Virus record (IMG/VR): IMGVR_UViG_3300025674_000052 | Coordinates: 1 to 55,417 of that record | Length of the DNA stretch: 55,417 bases | Strand: one strand, 5' to 3' | Source of the DNA: a virus | Taxonomy: Duplodnaviria > Caudoviricetes | In this document: in pieces, positions 1 through 9,017 of the stretch | Position numbering within the stretch: position 1 is the stretch's first letter | Layout of the letters: every line of letters starts with the position of its first letter | Translations under genes and position numbers: made by a program | The notes under the pieces: model-generated | Told to the model about the DNA's origin: nothing | Database searches by the model: none | What the model saw: the letters and a program-made list of their open reading frames with translations, nothing else

Positions 1-142
1 TGTAGCAGAACAGGAACCCGCTCTCGGTCGGCGTGACAGCCGAGCCGGGGTTCTGGTGGCCGTCGAGGACCTGCACAACATCGTTGTCGTCGTAGGTCAA
101 GCCGCCGCTGGGCTTCGCGGTGATAATGAGGGCGTGTGCCAT
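1..142 (-). CDS. 5' part (cut by the window edge) of a second copy of the 120-aa tail-associated gene (MAHALIITAKPSGG...)
   Basis: ATG at 142-140, 3 nt after the stop of 146..2257. Same translation as the N-terminus of 54121..54483. Confidence 0.8.
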   Translation of the reverse strand, partial: MAHALIITAKPSGGLTYDDNDVVQVLDGHQNPGSAVTPTESGFLFCY

Positions 143-149
143 AGGTCAG
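1..149. repeat. Direct repeat copy A of 54342..54490
   Basis: Positions 1-124 are identical to 54342-54465. Mismatches occur only at 125, 137 and 143, and the copies diverge after 149. Confidence 0.95.
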
Positions 150-2257
150 AGTTCTGGGTTGTAGGTCTGCGCGGAAAACACCTCGACCAGCTCAAACGAG
201 GCGTTGTAGCCGTAGTCGGCCTCGCCGTTCTCGGCAAACGACATCGTATCGTCACCGAACAAGACGGTGTGCGCCTCGCCGGTGTAGGGGTGCGTCCAGG
301 AGAACGGCGTGTGGCCCCCGTTCGCGGACAGCAGGGCGGTGAGGGCCTCCCACTGCTCGCGCTCCATGACGGCGCTGACCTGCCACACGCGGCGACCTAT
401 GGCTTGGTTCGCGATGGTCTGCTCCTTCCCACCCTCGAACGTGTGCCGCCAGTAGCCGGCCTTGACGGTCTCCCGCACAGTCGCGTCCAGGGGGATCGTC
501 AGCGACCCGGAGGCCGTGTCCGCCTCAGCGCTCACAGGGACCGACGCCTGCTCGTCAGGGCGGATGACAGGCGGATCTGTGAGGGTCAGGGCCTGGAACG
601 CGCCTGCTGCGACGAGCGGGCCGCCGGTACTCTGGGCGTCGACGGTCAGGAAGATGCCCGACGCGCCCCTGGTTCCCGTTGCGGCGCTCCTAGTGTCAAC
701 GAGGTAGCCGTCCTGCTCTTGGATGCCCGCAAGGTTCTCCGGCGTCGGCGTAATCTGGACGCTATCAACCTTCACGATGAGCGCCACGAAGGTGCCCTGC
801 CCGAACTGGTCTCCGTCGAAGTTCCGGGTCTCGACATCAAGGGTGAACGCTGTGCCGATGCTGAGCCCAGCAGTAGTCAGGTCCGCCGTTGCGAGCACCT
901 GCCCCTCGTAGGCGATGCTCGTTGCGGGCTCGAAGTGTCGGATCTCCAGAGACCAGACCGGCGAGGCTGATGCGTCATAGAGCACTGACACAGCGTAGCC
1001 GGTCTTGTTGCGACCGTTGATCTGGCTGGAACTTGGGCGAGTGCCAGAGCAATCGAAGATGCCTGTCGTGCCCTGCTCGCGGATGGTCAGGCGCGACAGG
1101 ATCCCCATGCGGGTGCGCGTGCTCAGGTCTTGATTCAGACGCACGAGGGTCGCCTGATATCGCTGCTCTGTGCCTGAGGGAGGGATCTGGTGAATGTGGA
1201 AACCGGGCCGCCCTGTTCCGCTGTTTGACCCCGTGTTCTGCTCGCCAGCGACTACGCGGTCAGCGGTAGCTGTGTCCCGTCGAAGCTGGCAGCGGATGAC
1301 ATTTGAGGATCCAGTCTCGCCGTCGCCCGCCCACGCGGTGCCGATGCTGTGCCCGGTGAGGACGCCGCTTGATACGTCGCGGCCCAGGCGAGGCTGCGAC
1401 CTCTCGAACGTGTCCGCGAAGATCAGCTCCGTGTTGCCTGAGTCGCGGATGGTGAACAGGTTGCAGACGCCGACACAGTCGCAGCCCTCCGATGTGATCC
1501 TGCGGGTCTGAAGCCCGAAGCCGCAACGACCGTCCGCTAGGCCAGACAAGGTGAAGAAGCCCGTGCCGAAGAGCTGCCTCTCCACTCCTGTCAGGTCGGT
1601 TCGGTAAGCCCGAACGCGGCGCTGCACGCCGACTTCCTGCACGTTGAGGCGAAGGGCTCCAGGGCGGAAGAAGTCGAACGCATTCCCCTGAGCGTGGATC
1701 TCGTCCGTCTCTTGGACTTCTTCATCTCCAAGGACCGTGATGGCACCTGCAGCCAGACGAAGGAGTAGCACCCGGTGGCGCGTTGCTGTCTCCTTCTCTT
1801 CGATCAGGAACAGGCCACTGACGTCTTCGTAGTAGTCGCCGGGTCGGCCCAGCCCCGTGTTCGTGACGAGGGTGCCGCCGCTAACGTGCGAGCAGATGCC
1901 GAACTGCTTGAAGCTATCGAAGTCGGGCGTGCCGTTGATGGCGTACAGGGCTGGAGCAAACGAGACGTTGCTGTTGGCTCTCTCGTTCTGGCGCTCAACG
2001 AACCACGCGGCGTCTCCGTCTGCGCCGAAGCCTGCGCCCGAGAGGGGCTGCGGTATCGCTCCGCCGACGCCACTGGACTGCCCTAGGGCTTGCTGAAAGA
2101 TGTCCGTCAGCGCTCCGTTCGTGACTCGCAGGCTGTAACCCGTAGTGGTCTCCGGCTGAGTCGACCACGGCTGCACCTTGACGTACAGGTTCGGGTTGGG
2201 GCCGTAGGCGGTTGCGCCGTCTGCGAATAGTTCGTCGCCCCATGTCTGGTCAACCAC
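146..2257 (-). CDS. Tail protein, 703 aa, with beta-rich N-terminal domains and a C-terminal distal-tail (lambda gpM/Dit-like) domain
   Basis: Lies directly after the tape measure gene. The C-terminus RRVWQVSAVM...GGHTPFSWTHPYTGE...ASFELVEVF resembles gpM-type proteins. Confidence 0.7.
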   Translation of the reverse strand: MVDQTWGDELFADGATAYGPNPNLYVKVQPWSTQPETTTGYSLRVTNGALTDIFQQALGQSSGVGGAIPQPLSGAGFGADGDAAWFVERQNERANSNVSFAPALYAINGTPDFDSFKQFGICSHVSGGTLVTNTGLGRPGDYYEDVSGLFLIEEKETATRHRVLLLRLAAGAITVLGDEEVQETDEIHAQGNAFDFFRPGALRLNVQEVGVQRRVRAYRTDLTGVERQLFGTGFFTLSGLADGRCGFGLQTRRITSEGCDCVGVCNLFTIRDSGNTELIFADTFERSQPRLGRDVSSGVLTGHSIGTAWAGDGETGSSNVIRCQLRRDTATADRVVAGEQNTGSNSGTGRPGFHIHQIPPSGTEQRYQATLVRLNQDLSTRTRMGILSRLTIREQGTTGIFDCSGTRPSSSQINGRNKTGYAVSVLYDASASPVWSLEIRHFEPATSIAYEGQVLATADLTTAGLSIGTAFTLDVETRNFDGDQFGQGTFVALIVKVDSVQITPTPENLAGIQEQDGYLVDTRSAATGTRGASGIFLTVDAQSTGGPLVAAGAFQALTLTDPPVIRPDEQASVPVSAEADTASGSLTIPLDATVRETVKAGYWRHTFEGGKEQTIANQAIGRRVWQVSAVMEREQWEALTALLSANGGHTPFSWTHPYTGEAHTVLFGDDTMSFAENGEADYGYNASFELVEVFSAQTYNPEL

Positions 2258-4463
2258 GCCCCACCGCCTGGACCAGCTTGCGGTCCTGCCCGCTCAGGAT
2301 CGCGTTTGCAACTCCGCTGGTGATGGTCGGCAAGTTTGCCTGGATGACCTCAGCGGCGGTCTTCGGGTCCAGCGACGGCACTGTGATGTTCACGGTCACG
2401 CCTTGGCCTCCGCCTTCCATCTTGACTGGGATGTTCTTGCCGTCCGGCAGGGGGACGAACGCTTCCGCTCCTCGGCCCTCCCCGAAGATCGCCATCTGCG
2501 GGCTGTTGGCAATGCCTCCGTTCGCGTAGCCATTGATGGGCAGGCTGTTGCTCATCTGGCCCTGCATGACGCCGCCGTTGGCGAGGCCCTTGATGCTGTC
2601 TCCGAAGCCGAAGCCGCTGAAGAGGCCGCCGGCGCTGAAGCCAAGGCCGTCCCTCAGGGCTCGCAAGATGTAGAACTGCGCGATGATCGAGCCGATGGAC
2701 CGTGCCACTCCTCGCGCGAACTCCGAGAACGACGACTCGCCTGCGATAAGAGCGTCGGTCACATCCGCGAGCCCTCGCGTAATTGTTTGGAAGACCGCCT
2801 GGGTCGCTCCTCTTGCGAGGTTGAACTCCGACAGGCTCTCCCCGAACGCGGTGAACGCATCCTGGGCTCCGGCTGTAGCACTCGCGAACTTGATCTCTTG
2901 GGCTACCACGCTGGTGATCTTGTCGATGAACGCGCCTGCGAACTCTGTCGCTTTCGCAAAGGCGCCAGCGGTCTCTTCGATGCTCTTGTCGAGGGCGGTG
3001 AGGCTCTTCTTTGCCTGCGACACGGCTCGGTTCAGGGCCGCGTCAAGGGCTCCGCCGAACTCCGGCAGGCCAGGGATCAGCCTGTCGAGGTTGCTGTCCT
3101 TGATGAGCTTGCCGAAGGCTGTGCTGATGTTGTCGAACCCTTCCTTCAGCTTGGCCGTCTCGATGCCCGCCCTGGCAATCCCGATCCCGAAGTCCTTGAC
3201 GGCCTCAGCGTTCGCCTTGACGCCATCCGCCACAATCTCCAGAACGCTGCCTGTCTCCTTGAAGTTGGCGGCGAGGTTGCTCACCTCCGTCGACCCTGCC
3301 AGCGTGTTGAATGCGTTGATCAGAACGTCGAGGCCAACTGCGATGGTCCTGAAGTTCTTGGACGCCAACCGAGCGATGATCTCGAAGTTGTTCTTGGCCG
3401 TGCGGCCAAGGAACACGATGGTCTCCACGAGCACCTGGAAGGCACCGGAGAGGACGGCGACTGCGGTGCCCACTCGTTTCAGGGATCCCACCGTGCCGTC
3501 TGATCCGCCGAAGGAATCTGCGAGCTGACGCCCGGCCTTGATTAGGCTCACGACTGCGCGGATGAAGCCAGCGGTCACGAAGGATGCGGCAGTCGCGACG
3601 AATCGGTAGTCGTTCGTAACCTCGGCGGCTCCTCCTAGCTCAACGATTGCGCCCTTGATCTCCTTGATGAGGTTCTGGCCCAGTTCGATGCGGACGTCCT
3701 TTGTGGACTCTCTGAGGGCACGCAGGCTGTTGGCGTAGCTGTCGGAGGTCCTCTGGACGTCGCCTAGGTCTTTGTCGAAGGCTGCGTAGATGATCGACAG
3801 CCGGGCAACAATCTTGTCCTGCTGCGTCAGCTCCTTGGCTGTGTCAGCAAGGCCAAGCTCTAGCGCCTTCTGCTGAACAGCGGCCTCGCGGATGTCCGCG
3901 CCATACTTCAGCAGCGGCTCGCTCTGCCCAACGAGACCAGAACGGATATCGCGGAGAACGTCCTCGAACTTGACGTTCCTGAAAGACTCAACGTCCTGGC
4001 TCAGGCGAGTGATCTCGAACGAAAGGCCAGCCGCCTCTTCTGCGGAAAAGCCGAGAGGCAGGATTAGCGCCTGCAGGTCGGACGCTGCGTTCTGAAGCGT
4101 TGATTGGCTGCGGCCCAGATTGGTCGCCAGCAATTCAAGCTGCGCATTCGCCTCAGGCAGTTGCCCCGAGAACAGCTCCTCGAATTTCGATCGTGACTCT
4201 TCAACGTCACCTGCCAACTCTACGAAGCCGAAGCCGGCGGTCACGGCAGCGCGGATGCCACGGATTGCGGACTGGATGCCGACGAACGCTACCGCGACTG
4301 CTCCAAGACGCTTGGCGAGTTTGCCTGCGGCGGTGTCGACCTTGTTGAACGCCTCCTTGCCTCGCCGGCCACTCCGAGTCGCGTTCTGCTCGAACTCCTT
4401 CAGCTCCTTCGTGGCGAGGTCGCGGAGCCTCAGCTCCACTGTGATCTTGTTCTTGTCCGCCAC
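2250..4463 (-). CDS. Tail tape measure protein, 737 aa
   Basis: Long Ala/Gly-rich helical protein after the chaperones, with a typical C-terminal ANGG...GEGRGAEAFVPL motif. Confidence 0.9.
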   Translation of the reverse strand: MADKNKITVELRLRDLATKELKEFEQNATRSGRRGKEAFNKVDTAAGKLAKRLGAVAVAFVGIQSAIRGIRAAVTAGFGFVELAGDVEESRSKFEELFSGQLPEANAQLELLATNLGRSQSTLQNAASDLQALILPLGFSAEEAAGLSFEITRLSQDVESFRNVKFEDVLRDIRSGLVGQSEPLLKYGADIREAAVQQKALELGLADTAKELTQQDKIVARLSIIYAAFDKDLGDVQRTSDSYANSLRALRESTKDVRIELGQNLIKEIKGAIVELGGAAEVTNDYRFVATAASFVTAGFIRAVVSLIKAGRQLADSFGGSDGTVGSLKRVGTAVAVLSGAFQVLVETIVFLGRTAKNNFEIIARLASKNFRTIAVGLDVLINAFNTLAGSTEVSNLAANFKETGSVLEIVADGVKANAEAVKDFGIGIARAGIETAKLKEGFDNISTAFGKLIKDSNLDRLIPGLPEFGGALDAALNRAVSQAKKSLTALDKSIEETAGAFAKATEFAGAFIDKITSVVAQEIKFASATAGAQDAFTAFGESLSEFNLARGATQAVFQTITRGLADVTDALIAGESSFSEFARGVARSIGSIIAQFYILRALRDGLGFSAGGLFSGFGFGDSIKGLANGGVMQGQMSNSLPINGYANGGIANSPQMAIFGEGRGAEAFVPLPDGKNIPVKMEGGGQGVTVNITVPSLDPKTAAEVIQANLPTITSGVANAILSGQDRKLVQAVGRG

Positions 4464-4916
4464 CTAGCCCTCCTTCTGCTGCTCGCGGATCGTCTCCGCC
4501 TTCTCGCGCTCGTACACCGCTCGGAAGTCCACGAAGCTGATCGTCTGCTCCCCGAGTCCGCCCTCCGCCGGCAAGATGTGATGTTGCGCCAGCCAAGTCA
4601 TCGAGTCCAGCGCGGCGAGCACATCTGGGCTGGCCTGAGAAGCCGGGCAGCGTCTCATGTGAACGAAACCTGGGTTTTCGTCCCCGCACATCCCGCACTC
4701 TGTGCCGTATGCGGCGGCTCCGTCGCACCTGGGGCAACGGATCGCGTAGTGGGACCTCTGGCCCTCAGGGATGGGCTCGTCGCAGCCGTGGCGCGTGCGG
4801 TGCCGCCTCTTGGCCTCAGGGAGTAGGTCAAGGCAGGCGTGCGGCCCTCCACACTCCTCCGGGCAAGCCGGTAGAGTTTCCAAGAAGAGGCCACGCGCCA
4901 CGGCTCTCACTTTCCC
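4464..4916 (-). CDS. gpT-like extension of the tail assembly chaperone, reached by -1 frameshift; Cys-rich
   Basis: The -1 frame is open from the slippery site (GKVRAVARG...) to the stop at 4464, which abuts the tape measure start. Contains an ILPAEGGLGEQ motif. Confidence 0.8.
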   Translation of the reverse strand, partial: GKVRAVARGLFLETLPACPEECGGPHACLDLLPEAKRRHRTRHGCDEPIPEGQRSHYAIRCPRCDGAAAYGTECGMCGDENPGFVHMRRCPASQASPDVLAALDSMTWLAQHHILPAEGGLGEQTISFVDFRAVYEREKAETIREQQKEG

Positions 4917-5293
4917 TTGTCCTCCTCCGACGCGAACGTGTCTTCGAGGATCGCGTCCATTAGCTCGCGCTTGGCCTCCCAGGGCAGCAGCGCAAGGCCC
5001 TCGTCCGTGATCTCGCCTCTGCTGTCCGTTGGGCACTCAACCTCCTGGCCTTTCTCGTCGCTGAGGTTGAGCCAGCCCCTCAGGCCGGCCTTGCAGGCGA
5101 TATAGACGCGCTGGCCCACGCCGCCGATGCTGCCCTCCCCGTCGCTGAGCTGGATCTGCAGGGCGTCCATGATGCGGACGCGATCCTTCTCCTTCAGGTC
5201 GTCCAGAAGGAACTTGGTCTGCTGGTTCTCAGGAAGGTCGCGCTCTTCTTCGAGGACGTATTCGCGGCGTCCTCGGGGTCGGGTGATGATCAT
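4907..5293 (-). CDS. Tail assembly chaperone (gpG-like), 128 aa
   Basis: Between the tail tube and tape measure genes. Ends in G GGA AAG TGA. Confidence 0.85.
   Translation of the reverse strand: MIITRPRGRREYVLEEERDLPENQQTKFLLDDLKEKDRVRIMDALQIQLSDGEGSIGGVGQRVYIACKAGLRGWLNLSDEKGQEVECPTDSRGEITDEGLALLPWEAKRELMDAILEDTFASEEDKGK
4910..4916 (-). other. Programmed -1 ribosomal frameshift slippery site GGGAAAG
   Basis: X XXY YYZ phasing (G GGA AAG), the same heptamer as lambda G/GT, immediately before the stop codon. Confidence 0.85.
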
Positions 5294-5390
5294 GCTTGGG
5301 AGCTTGGTCTGGGAGCTTGGGAGGACGAACAGCGGCAGGCGCTCCCATCTGGCCTGCCGCTGTCCTGGGGGGCGTCTAGCAGCGCCCCCG
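5294..5390 (-). promoter_or_regulatory. Structured intergenic leader with two hairpins and short direct repeats
   Basis: 12-bp stem ACAGCGGCAGGC/GCCTGCCGCTGT, a second GGGGGCG/CGCCCCC stem, and three TGGGAG repeats on the + strand. Confidence 0.55.
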
Positions 5391-5395
5391 TGCGG

Positions 5396-6895
5396 TCACG
5401 AGGTATGGTAAACGAGCACCAGCTCGTTGTCGCCGCCGATCGACGTCAGGTTCGTCGGCGTGTCCAGGTCGAACAGGTTGCCTCCGGTTAGACGGAACGT
5501 CATGTCCTGCGTGACGATGCCGTCCGTGTCGCCCTCGCTGTGCTGCGTGAACTGGATGCCAGGCATCGAGAACGTGAACCGGTTGCCATCCGTCGCCCCG
5601 ACCGAGCAGCGCAGGCGGACGCACTGGTTGTCTTGGATGCGGGTCAGCCAGCCGATGTCGGCCTCCAGCGCGTCCTCGACGTTCATCGTGCCTGAGCCGT
5701 CGCGGGCAGAGATGTAGACCTCGACGAGCCCATCTGCGGCTCCAGCGCACTTGCGGTCCACAAGCTGGTTGCCCATGTCGATGGTCAAGGTCTTGAGGCA
5801 CGGATCCAGTTCAGCGGACTCTGCCTGATCTGCCGCCGTCTCGTTGTCGGCGTAGCCGATGCTGCTGGTCTCCCAGAGCGGCGGGTCCGTGTTCTCGTAG
5901 TCGATCCCGGTGATGAGGGGCGCGTCCGCCACGCTGTCCAGCGTGCCTCGGAACGTGAAGTCCATTCTGACGGGCCTGTTGACCTCCAGGTTGAACGACA
6001 CGTTGCCACGGCACTGTCGTCCCGTGATCGACTTGCCGTCCGTGTAGAGCCTCAGAGCGAGCGGCGGCATGAGGTCGAACGACTCGCCGGTGTTGCTGGC
6101 GTTCAGCGAACCGATGTCAGCGTCAGCGTTTGGGCTGATTCGCTGCATCGTCTCCCCGGTCACGAAGGTGCCTCTGACGGGTCGATACTCGACGATCGTG
6201 TTCGGGCTGGGGCTCACTGCTTCGGTCACGATGCCGCGTGCGCCGGAGGTCACACCTGCGATCAAGTCGCCGGCGGCCAGCGCGTCGGTCAGGCCGGTCG
6301 CGTCAAACAGGATGACCTTCTCGACTTGGCTCGCGGGCCAGTAGGCGTAGCCCTCGCTGCTCGGGGAACTGGATGTCGTCGCGGTCGCACCGCTGTCGCT
6401 GCCGGTGATGTCCTCGGTGCCGTTGAACCCAGCGCCGCTCTCGTTGAAGAAGTAGATCTCCGAGGCTCCGTTATGGGTGTCCATTACGACGGTCGCGGTC
6501 GTGCTTGTTACGCTGCCCGTGATCGTCTCCAGGTGCCTGAAGGTCGTTGAGCCGCCTCCGCCTGCGGAGATCGCGCCGATGTCCATCGACTTGATCGCCT
6601 CGCCCTGGAACCCGCAGCTCTCCAACACCTTGGCCCAGTCCGGCTCAGCAGTGCCGTTGTTGCTGCCTCGCATCTCCAGGCCGAACGTGATGTCCACAGC
6701 CTTCTGCCCGGCAAGGTCCTTGATCGCGGTCAGGGACGATGTGGCGAAGTTGCGGTCAATCCTTTCGGCGTCGATGGTCGCGACAGCGTCGAGGGGGATG
6801 TTAGTCGCCGCTGTCCCGTTTCCGATGCCGGCGGGTAGCGCGGTCACTCGGTGCGGTTCGGCGGTCAGGACCTTCTTGCGGGTCAGAAGAGGCAT
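5396..6895 (-). CDS. Major tail tube protein with an inserted beta domain, 499 aa
   Basis: Position before the chaperone. Tube-like N- and C-terminal halves flank an insert with repeated E.ITG..SGATA motifs. Confidence 0.75.
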   Translation of the reverse strand: MPLLTRKKVLTAEPHRVTALPAGIGNGTAATNIPLDAVATIDAERIDRNFATSSLTAIKDLAGQKAVDITFGLEMRGSNNGTAEPDWAKVLESCGFQGEAIKSMDIGAISAGGGGSTTFRHLETITGSVTSTTATVVMDTHNGASEIYFFNESGAGFNGTEDITGSDSGATATTSSSPSSEGYAYWPASQVEKVILFDATGLTDALAAGDLIAGVTSGARGIVTEAVSPSPNTIVEYRPVRGTFVTGETMQRISPNADADIGSLNASNTGESFDLMPPLALRLYTDGKSITGRQCRGNVSFNLEVNRPVRMDFTFRGTLDSVADAPLITGIDYENTDPPLWETSSIGYADNETAADQAESAELDPCLKTLTIDMGNQLVDRKCAGAADGLVEVYISARDGSGTMNVEDALEADIGWLTRIQDNQCVRLRCSVGATDGNRFTFSMPGIQFTQHSEGDTDGIVTQDMTFRLTGGNLFDLDTPTNLTSIGGDNELVLVYHTS

Positions 6896-6908
6896 AGCGG
6901 TGCTCCGG

Positions 6909-7385
6909 TTAGGTTGTGACGTCGGAGACCCCGACGCGGTACACGATTGAGGCGGTGACGACGCAAACGGCCAAGGTGCGCGAGCCCTCGGTGCTGGCGT
7001 CGGAGATGTCGAGGTTCTCCACCTCGACGTAGATCGCCTTGCCGCTCAGTTGGCGGTCGTTGGCGATGGTCTGCTGGATGTCGCCTGCGAGCAGGCTGAT
7101 CTTATCCTTCCAGGCGTTCGCGCTCGCGTCCACGCGCATGACTCCGATGATCTGCGCGGTCATCTGGTACTCGTCGCTGTCGCAGGTCAGCGCCCGGAGC
7201 CTCAGGTCGCCCACCGGCACGATGGCGATGGCCGGGTTCTGGCCGCCAAGGACGAGGCGCTGCGCTTGATACGTCAGGACTCGCTTCACCTCGATGCTGT
7301 TCGTCGGCGGTGCGATCGCAGCGAGGTTCGCGTGAAGCTGCGCCAGCACTTGGCTGCGCTTCGTGGTGCTGTTGGCGTAGGCCAT
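6909..7385 (-). CDS. Putative tail terminator / tail completion protein, 158 aa
   Basis: Position before the tube gene. PAIAIVP motif. TAATG coupling to the upstream gene gives the start at 7385. Confidence 0.6.
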   Translation of the reverse strand: MAYANSTTKRSQVLAQLHANLAAIAPPTNSIEVKRVLTYQAQRLVLGGQNPAIAIVPVGDLRLRALTCDSDEYQMTAQIIGVMRVDASANAWKDKISLLAGDIQQTIANDRQLSGKAIYVEVENLDISDASTEGSRTLAVCVVTASIVYRVGVSDVTT

Positions 7386-7762
7386 TATCGCTGCTCCGTG
7401 AGCCGCCACTCCACCGCTGCGGTGTTTGCGGTCAGGTAGGTGATGAAGGGCGCGTCTGGGCCAAGCACAGTGACGGGCTCGTCGCCGTCGTCAGGCGTGT
7501 AGTAGAGAGGCAGCGTGCCCCTGCCCGCAGCTTCCCACAGCGTGTAGATACTCCGGGCCTCCTCGTGGGACAGGGCCACCCAACCGAGCAGGTACTCGCG
7601 CTTCGGCGTGTCGTAGATAGCGCGACCAAACACGGGGCCGCCGCTGCCGTCCGTCGTGACGACGCCGGCCTTCTGCACGACGCGCTGCGTCTCCGGTGCA
7701 AGCTCGCCAGAGAAGCCACGCTCGGTGCCCGCTCCGGGGTAGACGAGGCGCAGAAACGTCAC
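7385..7762 (-). CDS. Virion protein, 125 aa, with a gpM/Dit-like pattern
   Basis: Coupled on both sides within the morphogenesis operon. Pattern resembles the C-terminus of 146..2257. Confidence 0.55.
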   Translation of the reverse strand: MTFLRLVYPGAGTERGFSGELAPETQRVVQKAGVVTTDGSGGPVFGRAIYDTPKREYLLGWVALSHEEARSIYTLWEAAGRGTLPLYYTPDDGDEPVTVLGPDAPFITYLTANTAAVEWRLTEQR

Positions 7763-8394
7763 AGCAGCCCTGCTACCTTCAGGGTCTTGTCGATACGGAA
7801 CTGCAGCGTGCGCTGGATGTTGTTCCGGTTCTCCTCAGAGAACCAAGTCTTCTTGAATCCGAGCCTCGGCTTGATCTTGACCTGCTTCTTGAGCAGGAAG
7901 AGGAACTCCAGCCCCTCCCCGCTCGCGCTCTTGCGGACGAGGAAGGCTCGTCGGTCCACGCGCAGCACGAAGATGCTCTTGTCCGTCCTGGGCCGCTGGA
8001 CCCTCGTGCGGCCTGTCGGAGTCAGGTTCGCCGGCATCGGAATCGTGAGGAACCCTCCGGGCTTCTTCGCCCTGACGGTCCCGCCCTCTTCTTGGATCCG
8101 GGCATAGGGCGCAGTCGTGGCGTCGCCAATCGTGGCTCGCAGCTTCAGGTTGTTCAGGGTCGTGCCCGTCACCGGCTTGCGGATGCTGCGCCTGAGGTTG
8201 CCGTAGCGGTTGGCGAGCTTGTCCCCTTCGTTGCGTTTCCAGGGTCCGCTGAGCTGCCCGCTGAACTGCCCCTGCATCTGGTTCTCAAAGTCGAGCCCGA
8301 TCTGCTCGAAGCCTTCCTTCATGCTCGTGTTCAGCAGCTTCGGCACCTGCTTGAAGGCCAGCTTCAGCTTGGCTGTGTCGAACTCCAGCGGCAT
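7759..8394 (-). CDS. Neck / tail completion protein (HK97 gp10 or Mu gpG-like), 211 aa
   Basis: Basic protein with RYGNLRRSI, PYARIQEEGG and IKPR motifs typical of this family. Confidence 0.7.
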   Translation of the reverse strand: MPLEFDTAKLKLAFKQVPKLLNTSMKEGFEQIGLDFENQMQGQFSGQLSGPWKRNEGDKLANRYGNLRRSIRKPVTGTTLNNLKLRATIGDATTAPYARIQEEGGTVRAKKPGGFLTIPMPANLTPTGRTRVQRPRTDKSIFVLRVDRRAFLVRKSASGEGLEFLFLLKKQVKIKPRLGFKKTWFSEENRNNIQRTLQFRIDKTLKVAGLL

Positions 8395-9014
8395 TAGACG
8401 ATCACCCGGCGATGCGCTTGCAGCGCCCTCCTGACCGTGGACAGCAGACCGTACTCGCCGGCGCTGAAGCTCGTGCCACCGCCCTGCGAGGTGTCCACGT
8501 TGCCGCCGAGGGTGTCCTGCCGCTGGAGGCGGTAGAGCACCTGCATTTCAGCGGCGTTGGTCAGCCACTCGTGCTTGCTGCCGATCTCGCCGGTGTTGGC
8601 GAAAAAGCCGCCGGTGTAGGTCACCTCTGCGAATGCTGGATCGTAGGGCTGCTGGTCGAACAGCATGATCGTGCCCGTGCGGGCATCCAGCCGGTAGGTC
8701 GTGTCGAGGGTCTCCGCCGTCGTGGTGGCGAGGTCGCTGGGAATCCTCGCCACCTTCAGCGTCGTCGTGCCGGTGATCGCGACTGCGTCCAGGGAGAACG
8801 TCTTCGAGAACCTTCTGACCTCGTACCGCTCAGTGCGCTCGGCCTGCAAGAGGTGCAGGCCGAGGTACTGCCCGATCTGGCTGCTCACCTCCTCGATCAT
8901 CGACTCGATGAACGCGGTGCGGCTGTCCCCAGCGTCGGACAGGTCCATCTTCGCGATGATCCGGGCCGCCGTGGACAGGTTGATCGGCTGGAGCGTGTTG
9001 GTCAGGTTCGGCAC
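8394..9014 (-). CDS. Head-tail connector / adaptor protein, 206 aa
   Basis: Position after the capsid cluster. EVTYTGG motif and C-terminal VRRALQAHRR. Confidence 0.7.
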   Translation of the reverse strand: MPNLTNTLQPINLSTAARIIAKMDLSDAGDSRTAFIESMIEEVSSQIGQYLGLHLLQAERTERYEVRRFSKTFSLDAVAITGTTTLKVARIPSDLATTTAETLDTTYRLDARTGTIMLFDQQPYDPAFAEVTYTGGFFANTGEIGSKHEWLTNAAEMQVLYRLQRQDTLGGNVDTSQGGGTSFSAGEYGLLSTVRRALQAHRRVIV

Positions 9015-9017
9015 GCT

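Noticed and set aside
1-149. Simple terminal redundancy proving a complete circular genome
   Set aside because: The second copy is internal, has three mismatches and is followed by about 930 nt of unique coding sequence, so circularity is plausible but unproven.
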